Assembly (NCBI RefSeq): GCF_964188315.1
Contig: NC_135662.1
Span: 30,690,001 to 30,754,000, forward strand
From: Podarcis muralis
Taxonomy: Eukaryota
DNA: 64,000 nt
Direction of reading: 5' to 3'
The translations under genes and the position numbers were made by a program. Below the pieces are notes generated by a model, which saw only the letters and a list, made by a program, of their open reading frames with translations, was not told the origin of the DNA and ran no database searches. This document shows positions 1 to 11,844 of this stretch, piece after piece (the first letter of the stretch is position 1; each line of letters starts with the position of its first letter).

Positions 1-208
1 AGGAAGACATTCCCCCAGACAATAGGGTTTCTCATATCCTCTCATTGTAGATCTTTGCCATTCCCAAATGTCACTCTTGAGAGTCAAGGGACCCTCAGGA
101 TAGGCTTGAGATGTGGCACTGGGGCCAAATTCTTATCTCTTACTCTAGCTCCTCACACCCACCTCTCATCCTAAAGAGAAGGTTTTGATGATTCGAGTGT
201 CTGCACTA

Positions 209-587
209 AGGACATGGGTGGTGCTGTGGTCTAAACTACTCAGCCTCTTGGGTTTGCTAATCAGAAGGTCTGCAATTCGAATCCCTGCAACGGGGTGAGC
301 TCCTGTTGCTCTGTCCCAGCTCCTGCCAGCCTAGCAGTTCAAAAGCACACCAGTGTAAGTAGATAAATAGGTACCACCGTGGTGGAAAGGTAAACGGCGT
401 TTCCATGTGCTCTGGTTTTCGTCATGGTGTTCCGTTGCGCCAGTAGCAGTTTAGTTATGCTGGCCATATGACTCGGAAAGCTGTCTGCGGACAAACGCTG
501 GCTCCCTTGGCCTGAAAGCGAGATGAGCGCCACACCCCATAGTTGCCTTTGACTGGACTTAACCATCCAGGGGTCCTTTACCTTTAC
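209..587 (+). mobile_element. Sauria SINE (Squam1), full length, diverged
   Basis: tRNA-like head (A box-like TGGTGCTGTGG, B box-like TTCGAATCC), body ...GTAGATAAATAGGTACC...GGAAGGTAAACGGCGTTTCC, and 3' CAGGGGTCCTTTACCTTTAC tail. Aligns by eye to four other copies in the window. Confidence 0.9.
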
Positions 588-2154
588 TGGAGAGAAGTGG
601 GTGGAAAAGCCCTGTTCCATGATTGAACTTCCACTTGCACATCAGTACATCCACTCCATAGAATTTTTAAAGCATTTCATACAGTTTCTATTTTTAAGAT
701 ATAAGTTGATGCAATGCTTTGATTTAAGATCTAGATAGGTGGCGCACACAATGGGTCAGAATGGGGGCGCCATTTCCCCACTGACTAAATTGTAGAATGT
801 TTGTGACCTGTGTTAGTCAACATAGGAAAGGCCCCATGCTCAGTGCTAGGAAATACATGTTGCATTTAAGAGGTGCCAGGATCGTGTCCTGGCCTGTCCT
901 GTTAAAAGATCCCAGAAGCAAGCCTGGAAAACTTGCCTTTTCTTTTCTGCTACAGGTATTGAATGTGCTGTCTTTTGGGATCAATATGCTTCCTTTAGCA
1001 TTTCCACACTGACAAATGAGACAGGAGCAGCACAGTGGGGCCATGTTGCTGAGTCGACCTCCTGGAGAGTCTCTGACACTTACCAGGGTGGGGCAAGGTG
1101 GCAGTGAGGTCATAGCTGCAGAAGTGCACCAGTGAGCCAGTCAGGCGGTCTCGCTTGACCTTACCACCCCCCTGTTTCGCCCCCCACCCTATCCAGTTAA
1201 GCAGCAGGGACACTAGGGTCTGGAGGGTGACTCCACCCCACCGTGCTGGTCACACCTTGACTGAAGAGAAACAAATCCATCAGAACTGTTTATTCATCAG
1301 TTGCTAGCTGTACAATTCACACATCTTCTTTTCTGTATTTCCCTCATTATGGGATGGGATGTCCCTATTTCCATAGGAGAAATGTTGGAGCTTATGTACA
1401 CCACCATTCATTATGCATGTTCATATGTTCGCATTCTTACACTTTTTGGTACAACTCCCACCTATTTATCAGAGGCCATACCCCTAGAAGCAGGTTTTCA
1501 CGTTGCATTGGTTCCAAACTCAGTTAGTTGAACTAATTTCTTGTTCGTTTAGTCCTGGTGTTAATCCCACTGCTTTCAATGGGACCTAAGCTTAATTAAT
1601 TTAGGCAGCAACCCTAAACTCACTTACTTGAGAATAAGCCGCCCCCACCCCTGAATTCAATAGGGCTTACTTCCGAGTAGACATGGTTAAGTTCATGCTG
1701 TCAGTGTTGCTCTCAGCTGCTGGGTTTTGTTTAAGGGATACTTTGTGATTGTTAATGGATAGGGTGCATTTTTTGAACAGTGTTTATTCATAAGGTTGGG
1801 GAAATGTTGACCAATCACTGCAACTATATAGCCACCTTTCTGTGCACTACCATTTGATTTTAAAATATTTGCTTCTACATCTTCCATCAACCATGTGCAC
1901 AAGCTACTTTATAAATATTTTTACCCCATTTATTTTCATTTTATGTTTGTGCCATGGAAGACACTGTAGTCCAGCAGCAGTTTCCCATACTACTTAGATT
2001 AGAGCAGACACCTGGAACCAGGTAGGAGGAGCCACAGTCAGACTCCTCCCATATGGCTGAGCACTTCTGACATTATCTTTATAGTGTATCAATAATGCGA
2101 TGATTCCCAGGTGACGAATGTCCCAAGAGAAGCGGGCCTCACAAACCATTCTTT

Positions 2155-2836
2155 TTTTTTATAATATTTTTTATTGCGTTTCTTTTCATAGGTTCATAAA
2201 TTCAAGAGCATACAAAAGTAAGAAACAAGAAACAAATTTTAAAGATAGAAAAAAAATAATAAGAAAGAATAGATATATAACAGATCATCTTTCCATAATT
2301 TACCACTGCCAATTGGACCTCCTCACATCTTCCAAGCCTTGCGTTCTTTGCAATAACAATGTCAGCAATTTGTTACCTTATTTCACAACTTACTGTAACT
2401 TTCAATTATTATGTTTCCAAATTCAAAATGTTGTAACTCAGGTTTGGTACCTTTAAAATAAACATAATATATTTGTTTCACCTTGTCTCCTCTTTTTTTT
2501 TTTGTTATCACTTACTTTACCATTTACTTAATCAAATTGCTAAAGCATAACATTTCCTAATCGTGCACAATCTTAGCATTCATACAGCTTATAGTGTTTC
2601 TGCAAATAGTCTTTAATTTTTTTCCAGTCCTCCTCTATTGTTTCCTCGTCCAAATCTCGGATTCTGCCAGTCATTTCAGCTAATTCCATATAGTCCATCA
2701 ACTGCGACTGCCATTCCTCCAGCGTGGGTAAATCTTGTGTCTTCCAATACTTTGCGATAAGTATCCTTGCTGCCGTAGTAGCATACATGAACAAAGTTCT
2801 ATCCTTCTTTGACACTTTCTGGTCCACCATGCCCAG
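2155..2836 (-). mobile_element. 5'-truncated L1-clade LINE (ORF2 C-terminus, 3'UTR, polyA)
   Basis: ORF 2573-2839 (MYATTAARILIAKYWKTQDLPTLEEW) is nearly the same as the C-terminus encoded at 4243-4491. Poly-T at 2152-2160. TSD ACCATTCTTT at 2145-2154 and 2858-2867. Confidence 0.9.
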
Positions 2837-3483
2837 CATTCTTTAACATTCTTTAACACCATTCTTTAACATCATTCTGAACATCCTTTAAGTCATTTAC
2901 TCATAATATATTTTCCTTTTTAATTCTTAAAACAAGACAGAGGCAAAGTAATAGAACAATGCCTTTGCAAAAATCCTTGTGGGTTTGTTTCTGTTTCTGC
3001 CTTACAAGTATGTGTGAGGTCCATATGGGATGGGAGGCATATTTGATTTCTTCCTAGAGCTGCAGTCCTTACAAAGCTAGACTCAAGTTTATAAATCTGC
3101 CCATCCAGTCTGATTAAGTTCATCTAGCTTGTATCTTGCTATATTAATCCCTTGTGTTTTACGAAGCAATCCCTACATCCAACTGGCACCATCTATATAC
3201 CACAGTAACTACATGGAAGCTTTTCATAATGCAGAGCTCTGGTGGAGTAACCTATATTTAACATGTCAAGGCTTATTTGGTTGATGCTACAAATTCGTTC
3301 CATAGTTGCTGCATTACAGAACTGTTTTAAAACCTGATCTCAAGCTTTTTTAAAAATAGCAATTGCCACTAACAAAATAAGATCAAGATGTAAAAAAGAA
3401 AAGAAAAGGTTATGTGTGGATATTTAGCAAAGAGGTCATGAACAACATTCATATTCATGCTCTGTCCATCTCTCATTGTGGGC

Positions 3484-3485
<2 letters not shown>

Positions 3486-3524
<39 letters not shown>
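3486..3524. repeat. (TG)n microsatellite
   Basis: Direct reading. It supplies the spurious CVCVCV N-terminus of ORF 3457-4491. Confidence 0.97.
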
Positions 3525-3526
<2 letters not shown>

Positions 3527-3571
3527 CATCACAGAGACCCATAAATCAGGTAAGCTTGAAATGCTTGGTTG

Positions 3572-4722
3572 AAAGTAAAACCCCCAGGTGGTTGTCACCA
3601 ATGGAAGCAAAAGAGGTGAAAAAATTGAATATGGGTTCTAATTGGCCTAAATATTGTGAAATTATAGAACAAGATGGTGAAAATGTAAAATTGCAGAGTT
3701 TTGAGAAACTGAAATTTAAGGTGAGAGATTGGTTACATTATCGACAGATAAATGAAGTATTTAAACAGGACAGAAAGAAAGGCTTCCAGGTGGAGAAGTC
3801 AAAATTAGAAACAGAACTGTTAGAATCCAATACTAAAAATTTGTCAAGAATGTACAACTTGCTGTTGAAATGGAATACTCAAGATGAAATGGTGAAATCT
3901 AATATGATTAAATGGGCACAGGACATTGGGCATGACATTGAATTTGCAGACTGGGAGCAGTTATGGACCACTGGTGTTAAATTTACGGCATGCAATGCCT
4001 TAAAAGAAAACATTATGAAAATGATCTACAGGTGGTACATGACTCCTGCTAAGTTAGCAAAGATCTATCATTTGCCCAATAACAAGTGTTGGAAGTGCAG
4101 TGAAACGGAGGGAACCTTCTATCACCTTTGGTGGACCTGCCCGAAGATTAAGGCTTTCTGGGAAATGATCTATAATGAAATAAAAAAAGTTCTGAAGAGA
4201 ACGTTTGTTAAAAAACCAGAGGCCTTTCTCTTGGGTATGGTGGGCCAAATGGTGCCAAAGAAGGATAGGACATTTTTTATGTACGCCACCACAGCAGCAA
4301 GAATTCTTCTAGCAAAGTATTGGAAGACGCAAGATTTACCCACGTTGGAAGAATGGCAGACGAAGGTGATCGACTATATGGGACTGGCAGAGATGACTGG
4401 CAGAATTCGAGACCAGGGGAAAGAGGCGGTGGATGAAGACTGGAACAAATTCAAAGTTTATCTTAAAAACTGTTGTAATTTGGAAAATTAGGGGCTCAGA
4501 GTTATAAGAGATAAAGAACTACAGTTGTATTAATAATTAACTGAAGTTAAATACATGAAATATATTTAAGTTATGATCAGAGGGTTGCTAAAAAATCTTG
4601 AAACAAGAATGCAGGAAAGGGGTGGTATGGGGAAGTCATGTTTTTGTTTGTTTATGTCTATGTTTTTGTTTTGTTTATTCTTTATTTATGGAAAACTAAT
4701 AAAAATTTATTATAAAAAAAAA
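3572..4722 (+). mobile_element. 5'-truncated L1-clade LINE with about 300 uninterrupted codons of ORF2 C-terminus
   Basis: Cys/His knuckle CWKC...TFYHLWWTCPKIKAFW typical of the L1/Tx1 ORF2 C-terminus. Stop at 4491, 3'UTR, AATAAA and A-tail. 14-bp TSD GAAATGCTTGGTTG at 3558-3571 and 4723-4736; the TT/GAAA nick fits L1 endonuclease preference. Confidence 0.93.
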
Positions 4723-4814
4723 GAAATGCTTGGTTGTAGACGGTCTTGGAGCAATTCACTTTATTTTGCCCAAATTGTGTGGAGAAGGAATTGCACTTTA
4801 TATTACGGCTCTGC

Positions 4815-4836
4815 ACACACACACACACACACACAC
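4815..4836. repeat. (CA)n microsatellite
   Basis: Direct reading. Confidence 0.95.
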
Positions 4837-5524
4837 TGATCTGCCCTGTGGGCTCCATCTGTGGCCCCATGCAAAGGAAGCTGCTCACTAAGGAGCAACA
4901 CCATCACAAAACAGGATTGCACCCTTCTGCTTAAGAGCTGTGGGGTGCTCCTTCTTTGCAACGGGCTATTCCTGTACTATAGCACCAGGGTGCTCTCAGA
5001 CCATTCTTTAACATGCTCTTAGTTGGCAACCCAATAAAGATTTACCACACCTCTGGAAAAACTGCTGAAATTCAATGGCTTGTCATGTTGCCATGGATTT
5101 TAGCTGACTTTCAAGCTGGTCAGATAGTAATGCAATCACACTCTCTATTTTCCAAACTCTGAATGGATTTACCCAACATACACACTCATCACATCCAATT
5201 TCTCCAGGTAACTGTGTTCTCAGTTCAATTTAGGCGATCCTGGGCAATATAAGCTTTATTCTGTAGGGTTACAAAACTGGCATCAAGTTAAAAAAAAGGT
5301 CACCAACACTAGCCTTGTTAGCATGCCAAGAATAAACTGCCGTGGTTTGCTCATGTATTTAACCACTTATTTTTAATTTGCTAATGGTCAAGCATGACAT
5401 AGTTTTCTGGGTGATGTAGAATAAAGTGTTTAATGTACAGAAATGGACAACCCAATGTAAACATGACGTGGATGTACTTATTTATAAAGTGCCGCCAGTG
5501 TGCATGACATTTCAGAGAGTAATG

Positions 5525-5685
5525 GCCACAGCCCCATGCCAAAGCATTTGCTTGGCAGGTATCAGGTCCACAAGGTCTGATTCCTAGCATCTCTAGGCAC
5601 GGCTAGAAATGTCCCCTGTCTCAAACCCTGAAGAGCTGCTGCAACCTCAGTGTGGAAAGTACTCACCTAGCTGGACCAATGGGCA
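5525..5685 (+). mobile_element. Degenerate tRNA-headed squamate SINE with CR1-like tail (Squam2/ACASINE-like)
   Basis: CCTAGCATCTC...GAAACCCTGaAGAGCTGCTGC...CTAGcTGGACCAATGG. The same motifs recur at about 8900-9060, 13545-13710, 25990-26120, 42318-42445 and 63772-63955. Confidence 0.6.
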
Positions 5686-7851
5686 GTGCTCCTTCCTAAA
5701 GTACATCCCAGCAGTGTGCCAGGCCCCAAATAGAAGTTTCTTTCACAGGCCAACATTACTTTTGAAACAGGGTCTCAGCCTTTAAAAATTCACCATAAAT
5801 ACAAATCTATCTTCCTTTTGGTAAATGTTGCTGGGTTCCCTCCCCATCTCTATATTTTCATACAGGACAGATCTTTGGTATTTATTGTACAGTAAGAAAG
5901 TCCCTACTGAAACCCTTGATTTTACAAATCCCACCGAGCACCATTTTAATCAAAGCAGAGCTTAATTTTCCCCTCCCAATGTTTCTTTTAATGTTGTAAT
6001 TTTATATTCATTACACAAGGCTGTGGAAGTAAGAGCAGAACTTAATTAAGTTGCACACTACAGCAGTGATCCACAGCTCCTTGGGCACAACAGTGGACTT
6101 CATGCATACAGCTTGCTGAACATAAGAATGTGGAATATTTTATCCCACGTGGTACCCTTTGCAAATGCCACCATGTGTTGATGGTGTCCAAAGAGGGACT
6201 CTGCAAGTCTTTTCAGATCAGCTTCTCTTATTCAGGAGTCTTTCTACGTTGGTGGTAGCTGGTGCCAATTCAGAGTGTTAGGGTAGAAATCAAGGAGACC
6301 AGAGCCAATGACAGACAAAGCCAACTTATTCTAGTTTTGTCTCCCCCCCCAAAAAAAACAACAAAAAAAAAAACTGCCTCCAACTTTGCTATGAACTAGC
6401 CAGTCACTGGGGAAATATTCACTACAGAAAGCTGGAATCAATGGTCAATAAAAGAGGTGGAGAAACAGGGAACAGTGAGAAGATTTGGCTTCAGTCCTGC
6501 ACACAATTGGAGTCAATAGGATTTAAGCAGTTGAACTGATGTGCAGGATTATTGCTTTTCTGAATAAATGGAGCTGTAGGGAAAGCCATACTTTCAGGCC
6601 CTTTTCGTAGCTGATCTGTTACTTCCCATTCTTTCTTTTCTTTTAGGAATGTCTTATCAGAGACCCGTTTTGCAGCATGGGATTTGGTTTGATACTATGT
6701 CATTCAAACCAATACAAATTTTTCTGAGCTAAGTCTGCAAAGTGATATGGGATCTCCCCCTCTCTCAATCTGCAGCCTGCATCATTATATCAACTCTACA
6801 GTTGTAGCACAACTTAAAGTAACTATAAACAGTAATGTTTTCAACTAATAATATCCTGAATAGGCTTCTTCTTTTTTTATCTTGTAATAGGTAAGTGCGG
6901 ATCACCCCATAACCAGAGTGTAATGAAATTGTCAACATTCTCTTCATTTCTTCGTTTCCTGACAAATGGTGTGAACATATCACCTTTTTCTCCTAATGGA
7001 AAACCTAACTGGAATATATCAAAATGCTATTAGGTTTTTCATTTTCTACCACAATTTAATGCTGGAGAATGCATACAACCTTCATGCGTGCACTACTGTA
7101 AAATATTCCTTGTCCCCGATAAAATGACTGCAGTGGGGGGGTGGGGGGTGGGGATCAAACAGAATCGTTCACTTGTTTTGTATTGCAATTCCTTTGTTGC
7201 AATCTCTCCCTCCGCCCCAATTTTCTTTTTAATTTTCTGCAAGGGGATTTCCTTCCCTTCACAATGGCCCACAGATTTCTAATTTTTCTGTGTCAAGAAA
7301 CATGTGTGTCTAATTCAAGTGTGTGTCTAATTTCAGTGTTGGTGGAGTCAATGGGACTGGCAGAAGAAGGGGAAATTTAGTCATTAAGAAGACAAGCCAC
7401 CTTTTTAGCATATGGGATGAACCAAATATGCCATTGCCATACATTTACAGAAGCTTCTTATTGCAGTATTGTGAGGAAATAAGAGGGATCAAATCCCTAT
7501 ATTCTCCAGAGAAATCTATGCATCCTATTCACTCTTTAATTCATTCTGTCCTGGTTCTTACCAATAGTGGGACCTACAATAAATCCACACTTGCATGCAT
7601 AACATCCACATGTCAGTGTAAGAGACAGATGAAGAAATTCCTTTGCCAATCAACGCCTTTCCCTCTCCTCTCTGATAGGATTGTACAATGTGACATAGAT
7701 GCATAACTTGAATGCTGTTGTTATTAAGGTATTTGGGAACGTACATGTCATAGGGTTGTGGGTCTATGGTGGTATATGGGCTGGATAGCACGTTCATTTC
7801 TTGTTCATTTCTTGCTCACATGCTAAATATTTGGGTGAATCACTTGATATA

Positions 7852-8214
7852 TAGGATGTAGGAGAAATTCAGTTCAGATTGCATTAAAAGGCAAATCTAA
7901 CTAATGCACACTTCTTGAAACACCAAGCAAGCCAAAATCCAGTCAAACCTTCAAAAATTGCACTTCTCTGAATTTTACAATGCAATTCTCCAGCCAAATA
8001 ATATGTACAAAACAGCATATACCAGAGTAAAGTATGCATAAAAATGCAACATTGGAAACAAAAAAACTGTATATTAGGGCAAATTTTAAAAAAAATGTTG
8101 ATGAGGACTTTTAAAAACCCCCAGCAATTTGATGTGGAAATGTGGAGAACTCAAGCTAAGATTGGAAAAATGAGAAACAGAAAGAAGCAGAAACTGACAG
8201 TTTTGTCGATACCT
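7852..8214 (+). mobile_element. Degenerate interspersed repeat starting TAGGGATG-like (probable hAT-type non-autonomous element)
   Basis: TAGGATGTAGGAGAAATTCAGTTC matches TAGGGATGGAGGAGAAATTC at 41887. A reverse copy lies at about 21170-21550. Confidence 0.55.
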
Positions 8215-8421
8215 GCTTATTTATTTTTTTATTTAGAGCATTTGTACCCTGTTCTTCAGCCAAAAAAGCTCCCAGAGTGGCTTGCATCCAATCAAAGCAG
8301 TTCCTATCTACAGGCTTACTAGCTAAGAAAAAAATGACACACAAGGGGAAATGAACAGAGAGGGAAGAGGAAAATCAAAATCAAAACTCAGGTACCAATC
8401 TCAGGCACCAAACAGCTGGTC

Positions 8422-8491
8422 CTATATAGACTCCAGGAGCTGGATGTGCTGGATGTGCTATATAGACTCCAGGAGCTGGATGTGCTGGATG
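8422..8491. repeat. Two-copy 36-bp tandem duplication
   Basis: CTATATAGACTCCAGGAGCTGGATGTGCTGGATG is identical at 8422 and 8458. Confidence 0.95.
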
Positions 8492-9417
8492 GAGCTGGGT
8501 CTTTAGCAAAGCTTTTCATTGTTGTTGAAGATGCAGCTAGCAACTGAACTCCCATGAGTGTTTGAGATGGCTGAAAATCCTCCATTTTGATACTGAATTG
8601 GCTTGATCATACTGGACATTCTAGGAAAATTCTCGGAAGAATCTCTGGGGGCGACAATCCAGAGTGTTCTTCTAAACTCCAAGAGAAGGAGTCTGAAAAG
8701 GCTCCTCTACCATTACCAGTCTGGTGTTGCTGGCTTCCCCTCTGCCACCATTCTCTACACTTTTCTCAAGTTGCCATGTTGTGAAGGAAGAGAGGAACCA
8801 GCAGCAGAGAAGACTGGTGAATACTGAAGGCTCATTCTATATTCTTGTGGCCCTTTTTGCTATGAAGTCTTCTCAACATTTTCAGAGCTAAGGATGGGCC
8901 ATGCAAAGAGATACTTTGCATGCAAAAGATGGCAGGTACCATTCCTGGAATTTCCAATTAGAACAGGGAAAGGCTTTCATCTGAAACCCCTGGGCACTGC
9001 TGCTAGTCACTGTAAAAAAAACTGAACTAGATGGACTGATGGTCTGAGTCAATATAGATTATTAAGCGTGATTGGCATTGTCAATATTTATTCCTCATGG
9101 ATTCAGTCTGAACTATTTGAGACAACCGGTGTGGGATATGATCTTAACGCTCACAATGGAGAAAGGTCCTTGCATACAGAAAACCAGAACCACCAGAGAG
9201 TGCTCTAAGTTTTCTCCCTGAGATTCTAGTTCACAATATGCAGAGCATGTCTGTTTTGCATTAGGAAGAACTAAGAAATGTGACGCTCACCTTCAGCCTG
9301 AAGTGGTACTGTTCTAGAAGGCCTCCGACCTCCATGATGTGTCAATAAGACCTCACTACAGCTGCTACTATTTTGAAATTTAATTAGCACTATGTGAGAT
9401 ACGGAATTGCATATTAA

Positions 9418-9527
9418 CCGTATTTACTCAAGTCTAATGTGCACCCTTTTTTTTTTTTGCAAAATTACACTCTGAAAAAGTGGGTGTGCATTAGAAACGA
9501 TGGAGCATTAGACTCAAGAAAATATGG
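9418..9527. mobile_element. Short Tc1/mariner-pogo type MITE
   Basis: Imperfect TIRs CCGTATTTACTCAAGTCTAATG ... CATTAGACTCAAGAAAATATGG, followed by TA. Confidence 0.6.
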
Positions 9528-9533
9528 TATTCT

Positions 9534-10042
9534 TTTTTAAATATATATATAATTTTAATTAAATTTTCCATTTTAACAATCCAATCAAAGCACATTAAGT
9601 ACTCCAAATTATACAAATACATATCATATAGTCCCAATATTCTGCCAAATTATAAATTTTTGTTGGGGCTTCCCATGCTTCAAGTTCAGTGGGGCTCTAA
9701 TCATCTTATGTTTCTACTGCCTTGAGTTTCCAATAGTTCCTTCTTTAAATCTTCCTATTGTTATCCTTCCTTCTTTTCATGGCCTCTGAGTTGTATCCAC
9801 AGGCGAGTTGAAATAAACAATAATGTGCTTCTGTGTTAAATTTGTATGACTCTCCCTTTTTTTGCAGCTGGTAAGCCTGTTGTTTGCGGAATGTCCTCAC
9901 AGGCTGGTGTTTATGCCGAATCAATCCAAAAGTCCTTCTCTGGTGGCAGATGCCATCTTCACTCAGTTCCGATGAAATAAAATCTAGGCGTTTGCCCATG
10001 AATTTTCTCAGACAGGTTGCATCAAACATTAGTCTTTCGAGA
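9534..10042 (-). mobile_element. 509-bp TSD-flanked retroposed insert of unknown family
   Basis: 15-bp direct repeat AAAATATGGTATTCT at 9519-9533 and 10043-10057. Short A-tail with upstream ATTAAA on the minus strand. Confidence 0.55.
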
Positions 10043-10089
10043 AAAATATGGTATTCTGAAGTAACACAGCCATTTGGGCATGCAAATAC

Positions 10090-10091
10090 TA

Positions 10092-10126
<35 letters not shown>

Positions 10127-10128
10127 AT
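10090..10128. repeat. (TAAA)n microsatellite
   Basis: Direct reading. Confidence 0.95.
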
Positions 10129-10886
10129 ATTTTAATTGCATCATTTGCTTTTAAAATGGAGTGTATAAATAAGGGCTGAGGAACCTGTGATCTTCTGGAT
10201 GTTTTTGGATGCAGATCTTACTCGTTTGTGCTGTTTGAGACCACAGATCCCCCATTTCTTGTTTATATAAAGAATACTCTTTTATTCCAGGAATTTTCCT
10301 GTAATGGTTTGGTTTTTTGTTTTTTGTTTTGGTTATACGAACAATAAATGCATATCGTGTTTTGCAGAGTACAGTAAAAGAGAAAGAGCTCCCTGCCCCA
10401 AGGACCTTACAATCAATACATGCAAACACGCAAAAGAGAAAGTCACAGGACGAGTCCAAGTAGCACAGGTTCAGTGAGTGAAGCAATGTTCTATTAATAC
10501 AAATGAGCAAATAACCTAATAAAAAGTTTGAAAGCGCATATTAGATACCAGATAGAAAAGAGTACAATATTTTGATTAGCCTGTGCAGATGTAAAGGGCT
10601 GTGTTTGCAGCAGAGTTAAAATATGTCAGCTAGTAGATCTGTTCCACGGAGTCTCTGAAGACAGGTGCTGTACTCTTTTCTCTCATCAGTGCATTGCAGC
10701 TATTGTCTCAGCTAGGGACATCATCAGTCCCTAGGAAAAGTCGAGATCAAATGCAGAGGTCATTAACTAGCACCTTTTGGTCTTATAATAATAACATCCC
10801 AATTGCACACATGGCAATTTACATAGCATTACCCAATGTGCTTTGTGCTGCAATTTGACTTTTAGAGGTCAGTCTAACTTAGCTGT

Positions 10887-10888
10887 CT

Positions 10889-10923
<35 letters not shown>

Positions 10924-10950
10924 CTCTCTAAAAGAAGAAGAAGAAGAAGA
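10887..10950. repeat. (TTTC)n then (GAA)n simple repeats
   Basis: Direct reading. Confidence 0.9.
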
Positions 10951-11844
10951 TTTTTCTAAGCATCAAAGCCATACATTTACATGTCCTGCCGAATTCCTTT
11001 TTGGCAGCTTCTGCGAAACAAAGATATTGAATTGTACAGGGATGCCTGAAAATGTCCCCATTTTTAAAACACATACACACAAACCATCTATAAGATAAAA
11101 CCTTAGATGTGTCAGCCCAATTAACACCTGGCTAGTTTAGGTTTCCAGAACATTCCTGCATATGTAAACAAGCAGTAATTTTTATAATCCCTCTGTAGAT
11201 AGTCTTTGTGTCTTATTTTTAATTAGTGATTTGAAATATCTACCTCATTCGTTTTCTTCAGGCTTAGCCGCTCATACTGGATGTTTCATCCACTAGATAT
11301 CTGTCAGAAATTTGGATTGGATACCCATTACTGAGATTGATAGCCATTATCAAACCTCAAAATACGTGTGTGTTCCTTTTTAAATATTAGCTGCCATACT
11401 GTGATAAGTTGTGTTTGGTTGTATGTTGCATGGCATAATGCATAACCCAATGGGGCTGAGTTTTGAAAGAGGAGCACAATTTATATTTTAAAGCTCAGAG
11501 ACGGAGAACAGAAGCAGGGTGGACAACAAAAATAACAAAAAGGAGCAATGTGTGGAGAGACAGAAAGAGAGAGAGAGATTTGACATCATTTTGGTCAGCA
11601 ATAACATGTACTGAAAATAACTATCTGTGCTCCACCTGAATAGGGCTGTGTTGTGCATATATCCCATTTTTTAAATAAAAAAGCTGGATTCCTGCTGAAC
11701 AGTAGTTTCTAGACTGGAGATGGCAGATGTGGCACTGAATCAAGCCCCCTGCTTGACTTGTGTAGGATTTCTGGATTTTTGTGGTATGTGGTTTTTTTAA
11801 GCATTCCATATGATAAGTTCTGGTTTCTGACAGGTGGAGGGACC

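Noticed and set aside
3457-4491. 344-aa ORF as a host gene
   Set aside because: The N-terminus is a translated (TG)n repeat read through the TSD into an L1 ORF2 remnant. It is a truncated retrotransposon, not a gene.
6647-6725. ECLIRDPFC resembles the semaphorin/plexin PSI motif (CxxRDPYCxW)
   Set aside because: It lacks the conserved Trp and further Cys, and the frame stops after 26 codons.
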